A stretch of 64,000 nt of DNA from Felis catus (lineage: Eukaryota). Shown one piece after another: positions 41,301-53,666 of the stretch. Below the pieces are notes generated by a model. The model searched no databases. It was not told the origin of the DNA and was given only the letters and a program-made list of their open reading frames with translations. Both the position numbers and the translations under genes were made by a program. The stretch spans positions 108,066,001 through 108,130,000 of the forward strand of contig NC_058377.1 of assembly GCF_018350175.1 (NCBI RefSeq). Reading direction: 5' to 3'. Position 1 is the first letter of the stretch; every line of letters starts with the position of its first letter.

Positions 41301-41695
41301 ATATATATAAATTTACATACTTTTATTGCTTTATTGCTATTTGTTTTCCCTTGTGGTTCTATCTACTATGTATATACTTACATATCTTTATGGCTTGTGG
41401 ACTTTATTTTTAAGAGTAAATAAACTTAAAATTGCTATATATTTTGAAAATCATGATGCAAGCACCCTCTTTCTGTCAAGTAATGCTTTTAACCTGAAAT
41501 TTATTTTTTTTTTATACTAATGTAGCTACTCTAGCTTTCTTTTAGCATTTGCTTGATTTTTCCCCTATCCTTGTGCTTCCAAACCCTTTATATCCTTCTG
41601 TTTTATGTGTATCTTGTATAAATAGCATGCAGTGCTGATATACTATTTTATAAATAGTAGATTAGTTAGCATAGTGTAAATTACGCTGTGATAAG

Positions 41696-41790
41696 TGTGG
41701 TAGGCAGAATAATGCCCTCTCAAAGATGTCCACATCCCAATTCCTGGCAACTGTGACCATTTTCCTTACGTGACAAAAGGTACTTTGCAG
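41696..41790 (+). mobile_element. MLT1D/E-type LTR 5' end, truncated at a SINE
   Basis: TGTGGTAGGCAGAATAATG...CAAAGATGTCCACATCCCAATTCCTGG. Confidence 0.7.
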
Positions 41791-41998
41791 GGGCGCCTGG
41801 GTGGTTAAGCGTCTGACTTTGGCTCAGGTCATGATCTCACAGTTTGAGTTTGAAGCCCAGAGTCAGGCTCTGTGCTAACAGCGTGCAGAGCCTGCTTGGG
41901 GTTCTCTGTCCCTCTCTCTCTGCTTCTCCCCTACTTTCTCTCTCTCTACGAATAAATAAAAATTTTATTACTTCTTAAAAATTTTTTAAATTTTTATT

Positions 41999-42040
<42 letters not shown>

Positions 42041-44510
42041 GGAAGGTCCGAAGCAGGCTCTGTGCTGACAGCAGACAGCTTGATGCAGGGCTCGACCTCA
42101 CGGACCGCGAGATCGTGACCTGAGCCGAAGTCGGCCGCCCAACCGACTGAGCCACCCAGGCGCCCCTCGTGTCTTCTTTATTCCCGACTCTGGGCTGGAG
42201 AGGCTGCCCAGTGCGGATGGAAGAGAGCAAGGGCAGAATCATCCTGGGGCTCTTACAGCTTCTGCTCAGATGTGGCACAAGCCATCTCTGTTCAAATTCC
42301 ATTAGTTGAAGCAAGCAACCTGGGTAAGTATCCGATGGGGTAGGGAGTAGAATTGTCCCAGAGGAAGGACGCCTGTCTTATTGGGAGGGACTAGCATGTA
42401 TAAAGGCCCTGGGGCAAGCGGTGGAGGGACGGAGTTGACCGAAGAATTGACAGCAGCTGGTCTCCCTGGAGGGCGCTTGGAGGGGCAGGGCCAGACGTGC
42501 AGGGTGGCAGGGCCTGGTAAGCCATCTATTCATCCAGTGAATATGAACAGAGTGCTTACACCGTAGGCTCTGAGTCAGAGCTGGAAGTCTGGGGACAGAC
42601 GAGGCCGACAGGGTCCCTGATCTGAAGGCACTTACCTAGTGAGAAGTAACAAGGAAGCGAGACGATTGCAGACAGTGATCCTATAAGGACCACAGTTAAG
42701 GAGTTTGTATTTTGTTAAAAGGACTATTTTCCTTTCAATTTTTTAAATGTTTATTTTTGAGAGAGAGACACAGACAGAATGTGAGAGGGGGAGGGGCAGA
42801 GAGAGAGGGAGACACAGAATCCGAAGCAGGCTCCAGGCTCCGAGCCGTCAGCACAGAGCCCAGTGCGGGGTTCGAACCACAAACCGTGAGATCATGACCT
42901 GAGCTGAAGTCAGACGCCTGACTGACTGAGCCACCCCACCCGGGCACCCCAAAAGGACTATTTTTAAAAGATCATTGCAGCTGTAGAGAGGGTCCAAAGC
43001 ACAGGACGTCAGAGACTGTCCAGCGGACCACTGGGGTAGTCATGCCGGAGCTGATGCCCAGGGAGGCAGTGGGGAGGAGAGGTGGGCGTGAATTAGGGAG
43101 AGATTTTTGAGCTAGAATCCATAAGATACAGTGATGAAATGGATGTTGGGGGTGAGAAAGAAAGTAGAAGTCCTTCCAAATTCTCACCCGAGAGAACACT
43201 GCCCAGCAAGGGGAATGAAGAAGCAGCTTGGGGGGGGGGGTCCCTACCCCAAAGTAGACCTACTGTGTGCTTCCCATTTATATAAAGTTAAAAGCAGGCG
43301 AGACTAAAAACTAACCTATGAGGATAGACTCCAGAATGGTGATTCGTCCTGGGGGAAACAGAGAGAGAGGGGACACCAGAGACCGAGCAGGGCACGTGGG
43401 GCCACTGGCTACACAGGCGTGTTCTGAAAATTCATCCAGCTACTCATTTCTGTTCCGTGCGCTTTTCTATGCGGCTGCTGTGCTGCAATAAAATATTACA
43501 TAAATAAATAGAATAAAGAAAGCATAAAAAAATGAAAAGCAATGACCTCCAGTTTTTTGCTGTTGCTCTGTTAATTGAATTTAATTTTAAAGTTTATTTA
43601 TTTATTTTGAGGGAGAGGGAGAGAGAGAGCACGCACAAGCGAGGGAGGGGCGGAGAGAAGGAGAGACAGAATCCCAAGCAGGCTCCGCACCATCAGGGCT
43701 GAGCCCAGTGTGGGGCTTGAATTCACAAAGTGTGAAATCACGACGCGAGTGGACAGGAAGAGTCAGATGCTTTGCCAACGGAGCCACCCCAATGCCCCTG
43801 TCGCTATGTTAATTTAAAAATTTTTTTTCAACGTTTTTTATTTATTTTTGGGACAGAGAGAGACAGAGCATGAACGGGGGAGGGGCAGAGAGAGAGGGAG
43901 ACACAGAATCGGAAACAGGCTCCAGGCTCTGAGCCATCAGCCCAGAGCCTGACACGGGGCTCGAACTCCCAGACCGTGAGATCGTGACCTGGCTGAAGTC
44001 GGACACTTAACCGACTGCGCCACCCAGGCACCCCAATTTTAAACGACTATTGGTAAGTAGGTGGGGAAACGGAGGAAGGGACAGGTTCATGGGGGCAGAT
44101 GAGGAGAAAACAAGCAGAGATGTCCGAGAGGCAGCCAGGGGCACAAGTGTGGATTTGGAGGAGTGTCAGGGCCGGGAAGAATCTTTGGAGCCTCTGGAAG
44201 GATTTACAGCTGGTGGGAAAAATAAAGCAATTCAGGGAGCAAATCGGGAAGCAGGTGCCAAGGCAAGGGGCCCAGAACCAGGCCTGGAAGTTTGGCTGTC
44301 CTCTGCCTCTTGGATCCACGGTAACCCTCTGGGCATGCGCACTCGGGGCTCATGTCCAGCTCCCTCCTCCTATCCCTGCCCACCCCTGCCCCCCAGGCCT
44401 GTGTCTCCATCCAAGCCAGCCCCCTACAGGTCTACCCAGGGCAGCTTCAGCCCCCAGCCTCTGGCTCTTTCTTCTCCAGGGGTCTACCCTTGGCTGCCTC
44501 TCCTCTTTGG

Positions 44511-44547
<37 letters not shown>

Positions 44548-45084
44548 GTCTCTCTCTGGGGCTTCTTGAGGCCCTTGAATGGGAGAATCCCTACCTTTGA
44601 AATCCCACAATCTATTTTTAAAAAATCGATAACTGAACATCATCACAATGAAAAATTTCCTCTGTGAAAGATAATGCCCAGAGAGGGGAAAAGATGAGCT
44701 ATAGTTTGGGAGAGAATATTTCCAAATCATATATCTGACCAAAGCTTGGATCTAGAATATGTAAAGAACTCTCTAAACTCGACAGTAAGAGGGGTGCCTG
44801 GGCGGCTCAGTTGGTTAAGCGTCCCAACTCTTGACTTTGGCTCAGGTCACAATCTCATGGGTTCATGAGTTCAAGCCCCGTGTTGGGATCTATGTGACAG
44901 CGTGGATCCTGTTTGGGATTCTCTCTCTCCTTCCCTCCCTGCCTCTCCCACACTCGTGCACCCCCCCCCATCAATAAATAAACATTAAATAAAAATAAAC
45001 TCGACAGTAAGAAAACAAACCATCCAATTAACAAACAGGCAACAGACTGGAACAGACACTTCGCCCGAGAAGACGCATGGATGC

Positions 45085-45534
45085 AAAAGTGTCCTGGGGC
45101 TGCGGTGTAACAAAGTACCACAACCTGGGGGGCTTCGAAGATACATCTCATCTCTCACAGTGCTGGAGGCTAGAAGCCCAAAGTCAAGGTGTTGAGGGGC
45201 CATGCTGCCTCTCTGGTGGGTGCAGGCCATCTCTGGTGTTCTCTGGCCTGCCACCACAACAATCTCTGCCCCTGTTGTGACCTGGCTGTCTGCCCTCTGA
45301 GTGTCGGTCTTCACCTGATGTGCTCCTCTGTGTGCNNNNNNNNNNNNNNNNNNNNNNNNNNNNNNNNNNNNNNNNNNNNNNNNNNNNNNNNNNNNNNNNN
45401 NNNNNNNNNNNNNNNNNNNNNNNNNNNNNNNNNNNNNNNNNNNNNNNNNNNNNNNNNNNNNNNNNGGAAACGGTGGTGGCGGGGAGGGGGGTGACCTCGA
45501 CACATCTTTTGGGGTCAGCAGTGCAGTCCACGAC
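45085..45534 (-). mobile_element. MLT1B/C-type LTR inserted in an L1 fragment (contains gap)
   Basis: ggggctgcggtgtaacaaagtaccacaacctgg...ctcacagtgctggaggctagaag...aaggtgttg is typical reverse MLT1. Confidence 0.7.
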
Positions 45535-46045
45535 AGAAAACAAGCGCACGAAAAGATGTTCAATATCGTCAGCCATCAGGGAAATGCGAATCACAACCAC
45601 GCAACTAAGGAAACCGAGTAAGAAAGACGCAGAAGTATGTAACACATTATACAAAGAGTTCCAGGGGCGCCTGAGTGGCTCAGTCGGTTGAGTGTCCGAC
45701 TTCCGCTCAAGTCACGATCTCGCAGTTTGTGAGTTCGAGCCCCGCGTGCTCTGTGCTGATGGCTCAGAGCCTGGAGCCTGCTTTGGATTCTGTGTCTCCC
45801 TGTCTCTCTGCCCCCCCCCCACGCTCATTCTCTGTCTCTCTCCGTCTCTCAACAATAAACATTAAAAAAAAAATAAAAAAAAACAACAGAGTTCCAGTGA
45901 AGATTGTTTAATTAAAATTTGTCGCCTCGAAACCCAACGATCAAAAGTTTATATGTGGATGACGTCCGAGTACTAAAAAAAATGGTGAAGAAGGTGCATA
46001 TTCATTTACAGGTGGAAATAACTAGAAGGGTAGAAGGGGTGCCCA

Positions 46046-46046
<1 letters not shown>

Positions 46047-46076
<30 letters not shown>
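46047..46076 (+). repeat. (AAC)10 microsatellite
   Basis: Direct reading. Confidence 0.95.
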
Positions 46077-46569
46077 GGACTAAAAAAGAAGATTGGTAAT
46101 TCCAAAACTGTCTCTGAAAAACGGCCACTCTGAAAAACAGCTTGGCAGTCTCTCATAAAGTTAAACATACATTTAGCACAGGACTCCTCCTAGGTGGTTA
46201 CCCTACAGGAATAAAAACCTGTGTCCGTGTAAAATCCCGTACATAAATCCCTATCGATGTTCATAGCAGCTTCGTTTGTAATGGCCCATACTGGAGATCA
46301 CCCATTCCATATAGTGGAATACTAGATGGTAATAGAAACGTTTGGGAATAAAAAGGAAGGAACTGTTGATACGTGCAACAACCTGGATGGGTCTCAAGCA
46401 CCAAAAAAAAAAAAAAAAAAAAAAAATCAAAAAGGGAGCGTTTGTAAAAACCGATGAAATCCAAATAATATGTAGAGTTTTGTTGTGCCAACGTCAGTTT
46501 CCTGGTTCTAACTGCTCTCTGGTTCTGCAAGATGTTACCCTTGGGGGAAGCTGGGTGAAGGGGGCACAA

Positions 46570-47192
46570 ACACGAATGAAAGAGGAGAGATCACAACCAA
46601 CACAGCAGAAATAAAAACAATAATAAGAGAACATTAGGAGCAATTATGTGCCAATAAAATGGGAAATCTGGAAGAAATGGACAGATGCCTAGAAACATAT
46701 AAACCACAAAACTGAAACAGGAAGAAATAGGAAAATTGAACAGACCCATAACCAGTAAAGAAATTGAACCAGTAATCAAAAGTCTCCCAACAGGGGCACC
46801 TGGGTGGCTCAGTCGGTTGAGCGTCCGACTTCGGCTCAGGTCAGGATCTCACAGTTTGTGAGTTCGAGCCCCGCGTCGGGCTCTGGGCTGACAGCTCAGA
46901 GCCTGGAGCCTGTTTCAGATTCTGTGTCTCCCTCTGTCTGCTCCTTCTCCACTCATGCTCTGTCTCTCAAAAAGGAATAAACGTTAAACAAATTAAAAAA
47001 AAAAAAAAGTCTCCCAACAAACAAGAGTCCAGGACCGGATGGCCTTCCAGGGGAAACCTACCAAACATTTAAAGAAGAGTTAACACCCATTCTTTTGAAG
47101 CTCTTCCAAAAAATAGAAATGGAAGGAAAACTTCCAAACTCATTCTCTGAGGCCAGCATTACCTTGATTCCAACACCAGACAAAGATGCCAC
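46570..47192 (+). mobile_element. Internal L1 ORF2 fragment of a younger family, with a SINE at 46793-47007, embedded in an older L1M 3' end
   Basis: ORF2-like ...KSPGPDG...[43 protein letters not shown]; no poly(A) tail. Confidence 0.85.
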
Positions 47193-49355
47193 TTTCCTTA
47201 CCTCTTAAGCAACATCTGTGCGAGTCTAAATTCTTTCAACATAAAAAGTGAAAAAAAAAAATTCGCCCCAGTGTGGAGTGTCAGATGCCCAAGGCTGTCA
47301 CCGAAGGGATGGGCCTGAAGCACACTCGCAAGCTTTTTTCTACCAACCTACTGAGGGGGAGGGGTCAAAACTACAGCTGGCCTGGGGGAGTCATTCATTC
47401 ATTGATTCATTCATTCATTCTGAACACCTCCTCCATGTCAGGCTCTAGACCAGACAGCCAGGCTCCCTGCCTTGTGCTTCAACGTGGGGCCTGAGGCCAA
47501 GAGACCCCAAAACATCCAGATACCCAGAAACTCGGAGAGATTGAGAGACAGCAGAGAGATCAAGAGATTAAGCGACTCAGAAACCAACAGAGCCTGGGGG
47601 ACACAGAGCAGGAGGGGCAGTCCCTAGGAATGAAAATTCACACTGGCAGCCGGGGCCGAAGCCTGAGCCTGGGAGCAAAAGCAGAGACGACTGCTGGGTG
47701 TCCAACCAGTGACGAGCAGCTAGGTCACAGGAAGGAGCTTGCATCTGAGGTCCCGGGACCTGAGCTCCAAACCTGGTCCAGTACTCACCACCCATGTGGC
47801 CCAGCCACATTCCCTTCATCTTTCATTAAAATGTCAGAGGTCGAGGCCCTGAGCCTCAGTTTACCATCTGAGAAGTGGCAACAGGAACCACAAGACCTAC
47901 TTCCCAGGGGCAGGTGTGTTGGTCCCGTGACTTGAGCCCACTTGGGACTTGGAGCATAAACGATTCAGCTTCTTTCTGGCCTCCATTTCTATTAAAATAT
48001 GTATTTTATTTTTTATTCTTTTTTTTTTAGGTTTATTTATTTATTTTGAGAGGGGGAGAAACAGAGGAGGGGCAGAAAGAGAGGGAGAGAGAGAATCCCA
48101 AGTAGGCTACGTGCTGTCAGCACAGAGCTTGAGGCGGGCCTTGATCCATCGATGGATAAAGGGATAAGCAAACTGTGGTCTATACACAGAATGGAATATT
48201 ATTCAGCCGTAAAAAGGAAGGACATCCTGACACATGGTAGGGCGTGGATGAACCTTGCAGACATGCTAAGTGAAGTAAGGGCATCACAAAAAAAGCCAAC
48301 CCCTGTGTGATTCCACCTGCATGAGGTCCCTAGAGTAGTTGACTTCACAGACGCAGAAGTAAAATGGTGGTTGCCATGGACCATGGAAGGGAAACAGGGA
48401 GTTACTGTTTAACAGGTAAAGGCGTCCAGTTTTGCAAACGGATGGTGGTGATGGTTGCACACTATGAATGTGCTTAAAACTACTGAACTTAAGGGGCGCT
48501 GGGGCGGCTCAGTCGGTTGAGCGTCCGACTTCCGCTCAGGTCATGATCTCGCAGTTGGTGAGTTTGAACCCCGCGTCGGGCTCTGTGCTGACAGCTCGGA
48601 GCCTGGAGCCTGCTTCGGATTCTGTGTCTCCCTCTCTCTCTGTTCCTCCCCCGCTTGCACTCTGTCTCTCCCTCTCTCTCAAAAATAACTAAAGATTTAA
48701 AAAAAATTTTTTTTAAACTACTGAACTTAAGCATGGCTAACGAGGCAATTTTCATTATGTATGTTTTACCACAATAAAAAGAAAATTGGGAAACAAAGCG
48801 TCACCCGTCAAATGTGGAAAGTAATGCAGGTGCTGACTGTCTCATAGGGTTGGAGAGGGAGTAAATGAAGCGGTGAAGACGAAAATCTTAAGGGCAGCTA
48901 GGGGCGAGGAGAGGGCTTGACTGTCTTTGGCAAAGGCCTCCTCTCCAGGCTTGGAGCCACAGGCCCGGCTCCCCCAGCCGCTAAAGGATCTTGGGAAGGG
49001 GATGTGGACTCCGGAAATTCTCGTGCCAGGACACTCTCTTCTCTAGCTCCGAGGTTTTTGAGATTCCTGGATCTGAAACAAACACAGACACAGCCAGCGA
49101 CCCTGCCCCAGCAAGGCGCAATCCGTGAAGGGGGCCCAGGCCTCATTTCCGGGCCCTGCACCTTGGCTCCACCTTTGTAAAGAGGTGGGGAGGGGGCCGT
49201 GTCGCCATGCAGGCCCTGGGGTCCCGCCGGCCTGCCTTTACCCCTCTTGAAGGTGGTGCAGCTTTGGAGAAGCCCTTACCCGGGGAGCCGCAGCTGGGAG
49301 GCGAATGTGGAGACCGAGCCGACTCCAGGCAGAGGTGAGAGGTGATGCCCCGAAG

Positions 49356-49431
49356 CCCCGCCCCCTCCCCAGGAAGGGGCCTGATTGGCGGAGGGCTGCG
49401 AGGGCGGGGCAGCGCCGGGGCTCTATAAATA
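49356..49431 (+). promoter_or_regulatory. SPDYC core promoter: GC boxes (49356-49364, 49402-49409), inverted CCAAT (49384-49388), TATA box TATAAATA (49424-49431)
   Basis: Classical spacing upstream of a donor-bearing mini exon; implies TSS ~49450-49456. Confidence 0.8.
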
Positions 49432-49453
49432 CAGCCGCTCTGCGCCGGGAGGT

Positions 49454-49479
49454 ATGCTGTAGGTAATGCCGTAGCTCAG
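49454..49479 (+). other. SPDYC: SPDYC exon 1 (very short, non-coding here)
   Basis: CAG|GTAAGG donor at 49480; acceptor tttctccacag| at 50176. Aligns to the segment encoding human MLWAIPELG but contains TAG stops. Confidence 0.7.
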
Positions 49480-50220
49480 GTAAGGCTTTTTGGAGGAGGC
49501 TGGGCTGCTTGTGGGAGCCTAGGTGGAGGCCCCCAGGTTGGCCACGGGGTGCCGGGCCGCACCTTCTGAACCCCGTAGTTGGCGTCTCTCCCCGTAGCTT
49601 GAAACGTTTGAGGTGCCCCCTGCTCAACTTGCTCTAAAGACACCCCCCCCACCCCCCCACTCCCGGGCCTCAGTTTCCTCTCCACGAAGAAAGGGGTTGG
49701 TGGTCCTTCCAGGTATGCCACTTTGGTGTGGGGTGAAGGGGTAGTTGGGAGTTGGGGAGCAATTAAACTCTTCGGCTTTGGGTCGTCAGACAGGCCCCAC
49801 AGTTAAGTAGCCGCGAGTCTTGCCCGCTTCGGCTCCTGTGTTTGCAAAAGGGGTATTGGGGTGTACCCATCTTCTGGCGTTTAGCGCTCAGCGGCGCCAG
49901 AGGCGCCTGTCGCTCCCATTCTTGCTCTCCGGCCTGGCCTGGGGGGGGGGGAGGGGGCTGGGACGCGGTGCGAGAGCTGCAGCAAGTCGGCTGCCTTTCT
50001 GGCCTCCCCAGCCCACGCGTACCCCAGTTTCCGCCTGCTCCGAGCGCCGCCCCCACCCCCATCTCCACGCCCGACTCTCCATCTTCTGGAGGCCCCCTGT
50101 CTGGCCACCCTCGACCCCCTCGACGGGTGGGGGGCAAGGGGGTCGGGGCCGAGTCCCGAGGCTACTTTCTCCACAGGCCATCCTGCCCCACCGCGCCCTA
50201 CCCGCCCCCGCCCCCATGAA

Positions 50221-52168
50221 ATGAGCGACACTCAAGACTTTGCCACTTTCCCCGTGGTTGCCACCCAGGTGAAGCTGGGGGGCTGGAGCCGTCAGGGTGG
50301 GGGCAGCGTGTCTCTCCGCCCGCGCCCGCACCAGGAGCTCCAGGCCTTCCTCAGCCTTCTGGGTGAGTTCCCCGGGGTGGGAGTGCGGGGTGGGGGTGGG
50401 GGGGTGCTGGGGGGCTTGGGGGGACCCAGTGTGAGCCAGTGTGAGAGGTGGGACCTGCCCAGGGCAGGCATCTGAAATCTCTGTCCCTTCCCTTCCCAGG
50501 TGACCCCAGGGAGGGGGGGGGGGGCATGTCAGCAAGTGGGTTGGGTGGAGGCTTGGGCTCTGGGGTGCCACTCTTGGCTTGTGTGGGGGTGTGGTAACCC
50601 CAGTCCATCATTTCTCTTCTCTACTCCAGAGCACAGTTTCCTGCAGGAATTCCTTTCCAGAGATCCCTGTTTCCAGATTTCAGATAAGGTGAGGTGACAC
50701 GGAGTAGAAGCCCAGTCACAAGAGGCTTGAATGCTGCTATTTCACTGAGTCTCCCGGTCTGATGGAGGGAGCACCTCCCTTTTACATCCTTGTTTTGTTA
50801 TGTTTTTTAAATTATTTTTAAGTCTATTTATTTTTGAGAGAGACAGAGACAGCGTGAGCAGGGGAGGGGCAGAGAGAGAGAGGGAGAGAGAGAATCCCAA
50901 GCAGGCTCCGCACTGTCAGCCCAGAGCCTGACGCGGGGCTTGAACCCAGGAGACCGTGAGATCGTGACCTGAGCTGAAATCAAGAGTCAGATGCTTAACC
51001 GGCGGAGCCCCCCGGGCGCCCCTAAATCCTTGTTTCCCCCCCACTACTTCTCCTGGGTTCTCTAACCTGCACCACGGCTTCCTCGGGTGCAAATGGCCCC
51101 TCACGGCCCCCTCTCCCGGTGCCTAACCGTCACCTCTGCCCCGCTCTGTGTCTGCAGTATCTCCTGGCCATGGTGCTGGTCTACTTCCGGCGTGCCAACC
51201 TGAAGCTCAGCGAGTACACCCACAGCAACTTGTTCTTGGCGCTGTGAGTGCCCAGGGCAGGAGGGGGGGACCCTTGCCAGGAGTTGGGGGAGGGGGCAGG
51301 GCGGATGCTTACTTCTGCTTTCCGCCCCCTGCCTCCGAGGCCAGGTTTCTGGCAAATGACATGGAGGAGGATCTGGAGGACCCTAAATGTGTGATTTTTC
51401 TGTGGGCCCTGGGAAAGGATTGGCGCCGTCAGGTGGCAGACTTCCTGCACCAGAGGGATAAGCTGTGGGCCCGGATGGGCTTCCGGGCCTTGGTGAGCCG
51501 CCAGTGCTGTGAGGAGGTGAGGCCCCGCCGCCATCCTGGGGTGGGGGAACAAGGCCGGACCTCCCACCCCCGTTGACTACCCGCTCTCCTCATGCCAGGT
51601 CATGGCCAAGGAGCCGTCCCATTGGGCCTGGACTCGAGAGCGGCGTCCCCACCACGGTGGAGCTCAGAGGGGCTGCCCAAAGGCCCGGGTGCCCCTGCCT
51701 GGAGGCCCCGGCCTCTCGCCTCCTCACTGTTCCCTCTGTGGCTTGCTCCCTGCCCACGGCCTCTGCAGCCACCAGCCCCGCCCCTTGCCTGTCTTATCCA
51801 AGTGCCCTTCCCCAGACCCTGAGTGCCATTGCCCTCCCTCCCAAGCTTGTCTCTCAGTGGCCGAAGACCCCTTGGTGGGGGGTTTCCTCATCATCCTGCC
51901 CCCCCAACTGCAGCTGGAGCCGGGCACCTACACTCTCCACAGTGAGTTGGGGACAGGAGCGGGGGGTGGGCTTGGGAGCTTGGGAGGCAGATGTGGGGCC
52001 CAACAGAATGGGAAGTAGGGGCACAGGGCCTGGGGTCCAGCAGGCCTGGGCGCACGTCCCAGCTCTGCCACCTCCTAACCGTGGGCGCTTGGTGGGTTTC
52101 CTCTCTCAGCCTCTCCCTGACCTTTCTCCCCAGTCCTCCCGAAGCCTCCACCGTGCCCTAGGCGCTGA
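50221..52168 (+). CDS. SPDYC: Speedy/RINGO CDK activator family member C, complete, 278 aa. Coding exons 50221-50362, 50630-50688, 51158-51243, 51345-51516, 51599-51941, 52134-52168
   Basis: MSDTQDFATFPVVATQVKLGGWSRQGGG...QELQAFLSLL|EHSFLQEFLSRDPCFQISDK|YLLAMVLVYFRRANLKLSEYTHSNLFLAL|FLANDMEEDLEDPKCVIFLWALGKDW...RDKLWARMGFRALVSRQCCEE|VMAKEPSHWAWTRERRPHHGG...LEPGTYTLH|ILPKPPPCPRR*. Speedy box present; 837 nt; GT-AG introns; syntenic between SYVN1 and CAPN1. Confidence 0.95.
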
Positions 52169-52341
52169 TATTTGCAGGGTGAAGAGCAGCCCGCCTGCTT
52201 GTCTGCTGACCCAAGCCCTACCGGCTGTGGGCCCCCCCGCCCCGCCCCGGCCTTCTGTCTTATTGGCCACAGGCTGGCAGTGCTGCCCAGGCCCCCCAGT
52301 CCCCTCCTCCCAACTGTACCCACTCTGACCCTGGCCCCTCT

Positions 52342-52347
52342 AATAAA
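52342..52347 (+). terminator. SPDYC polyadenylation signal AATAAA
   Basis: Located 174 nt after the stop codon. Confidence 0.8.
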
Positions 52348-53666
52348 CTCGTGTCTACAGGACACCGACTGTGCTTAGGCCCTGGCCTGGCTCCTTGACC
52401 CAGGGTAGGGGTAGGGAGGGAATTGGAGGGGGGGGGGTCTGCCAGCTTTAGATATCAGTGATTGAGACTCACGAGCAGAGGCTCTGTAATAGCAGTTTTC
52501 CTTTCCATTGATGACCGGTCATCCTGAGCCTCAGTTTCCCCTCTGTAACATCACCTATGCGTGATGAACCGTACACACAGCGTAGCTGGGGTTGAATGAG
52601 ATGAAAATACACGAAGTCCTTACAAGGCCCTGGAACCTGTAGGACAAAAGAAAGCTTAAATGGAGAAGTACTCTGTGGTTAGCTCAGACAGGGCTGCAGG
52701 GCCTGGTCTGTTTAGGAATGACACTTGGTGACTGCCCTGGGCTGCAGTCACATATAAGGTAATTCTTATAATACATCTACCCCCCATCCCTCAAAGTCAA
52801 CTTGTTAATGAGGGAGCAGAGAAGGCTTTCCAGAGAAGGTGGCGTTTGAACTGGGCCTTGAACAATGTCAAGTTTGCCCATGAAGGGACAGAGATTGGGA
52901 GGTAGGATATTCTTGGGTAGTCTAGAGTCGAGACGAGCACTTGGTCTCTGATGTCAGACAGCTTAAATCCAAATCCCAGGTTCCTGTGTGGCCTTGGCAT
53001 GTTACTTAATTTCCATTGCCTCCTCCGCAAAATGGGTATTACTCTAGGATGGGTGTTGTGTGAGGTTTGAATTGCATTAATCCCAGAAGGTTTCAAGCTG
53101 TCTCGGGAACAGAGCTCAGGGGCGCCTGGGTGGCTCAGTCCGTTAAGCGGCCAGACTCCATCTTGGCTCAGGTCTCGATCCCAGAGTCTCTCAGGATTGT
53201 GAGTTCAAACCTGAGTTGGGCTTCATGCTGGGCCGGAAGCCTACTCAAAAAAAAAAAAAAAAAAAAAGGAACAGAGCTCAGATGGAAGCCCCAGGTGTTA
53301 CTAGTAGAGGGAATGCCTAGGGAAAGCCTGGAGGGGAGGGTGTGTTTGGGGAATGGCTGGAAGTGAAGCTGGAAGAGTCCACAGGGTCAAACAGGGGAGT
53401 CTGGGCACCATTACCTTGCATGCTCTACGAGTGGCTCCCAAAAAGTGTAGAAGTAAGAAAGCCTGGAGATTGAGCCCATTAGAAGCCAAGACGAGGGTAC
53501 AAAGTATTTTTAATTTGTTTTTCAAATAAGTAATATATTCACCTGTACCTTTTAAATTCTTAACCAAGAGTCACCTCCTACCCCTGGCTCCTCTCCCTGG
53601 AAGCTATAAAACTTGTCGTTTGTGTCCTTCCACAGAAAGAATATAAACGTACATAACCAAATGTGG

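Noticed and set aside
13000-49000. Search for a hidden protein-coding gene or intact ERV/L1 in the intergenic desert
   Set aside because: No intact gag/pol/env or L1 ORFs and no chain of in-phase exons were found. Content inside the N gaps cannot be assessed.
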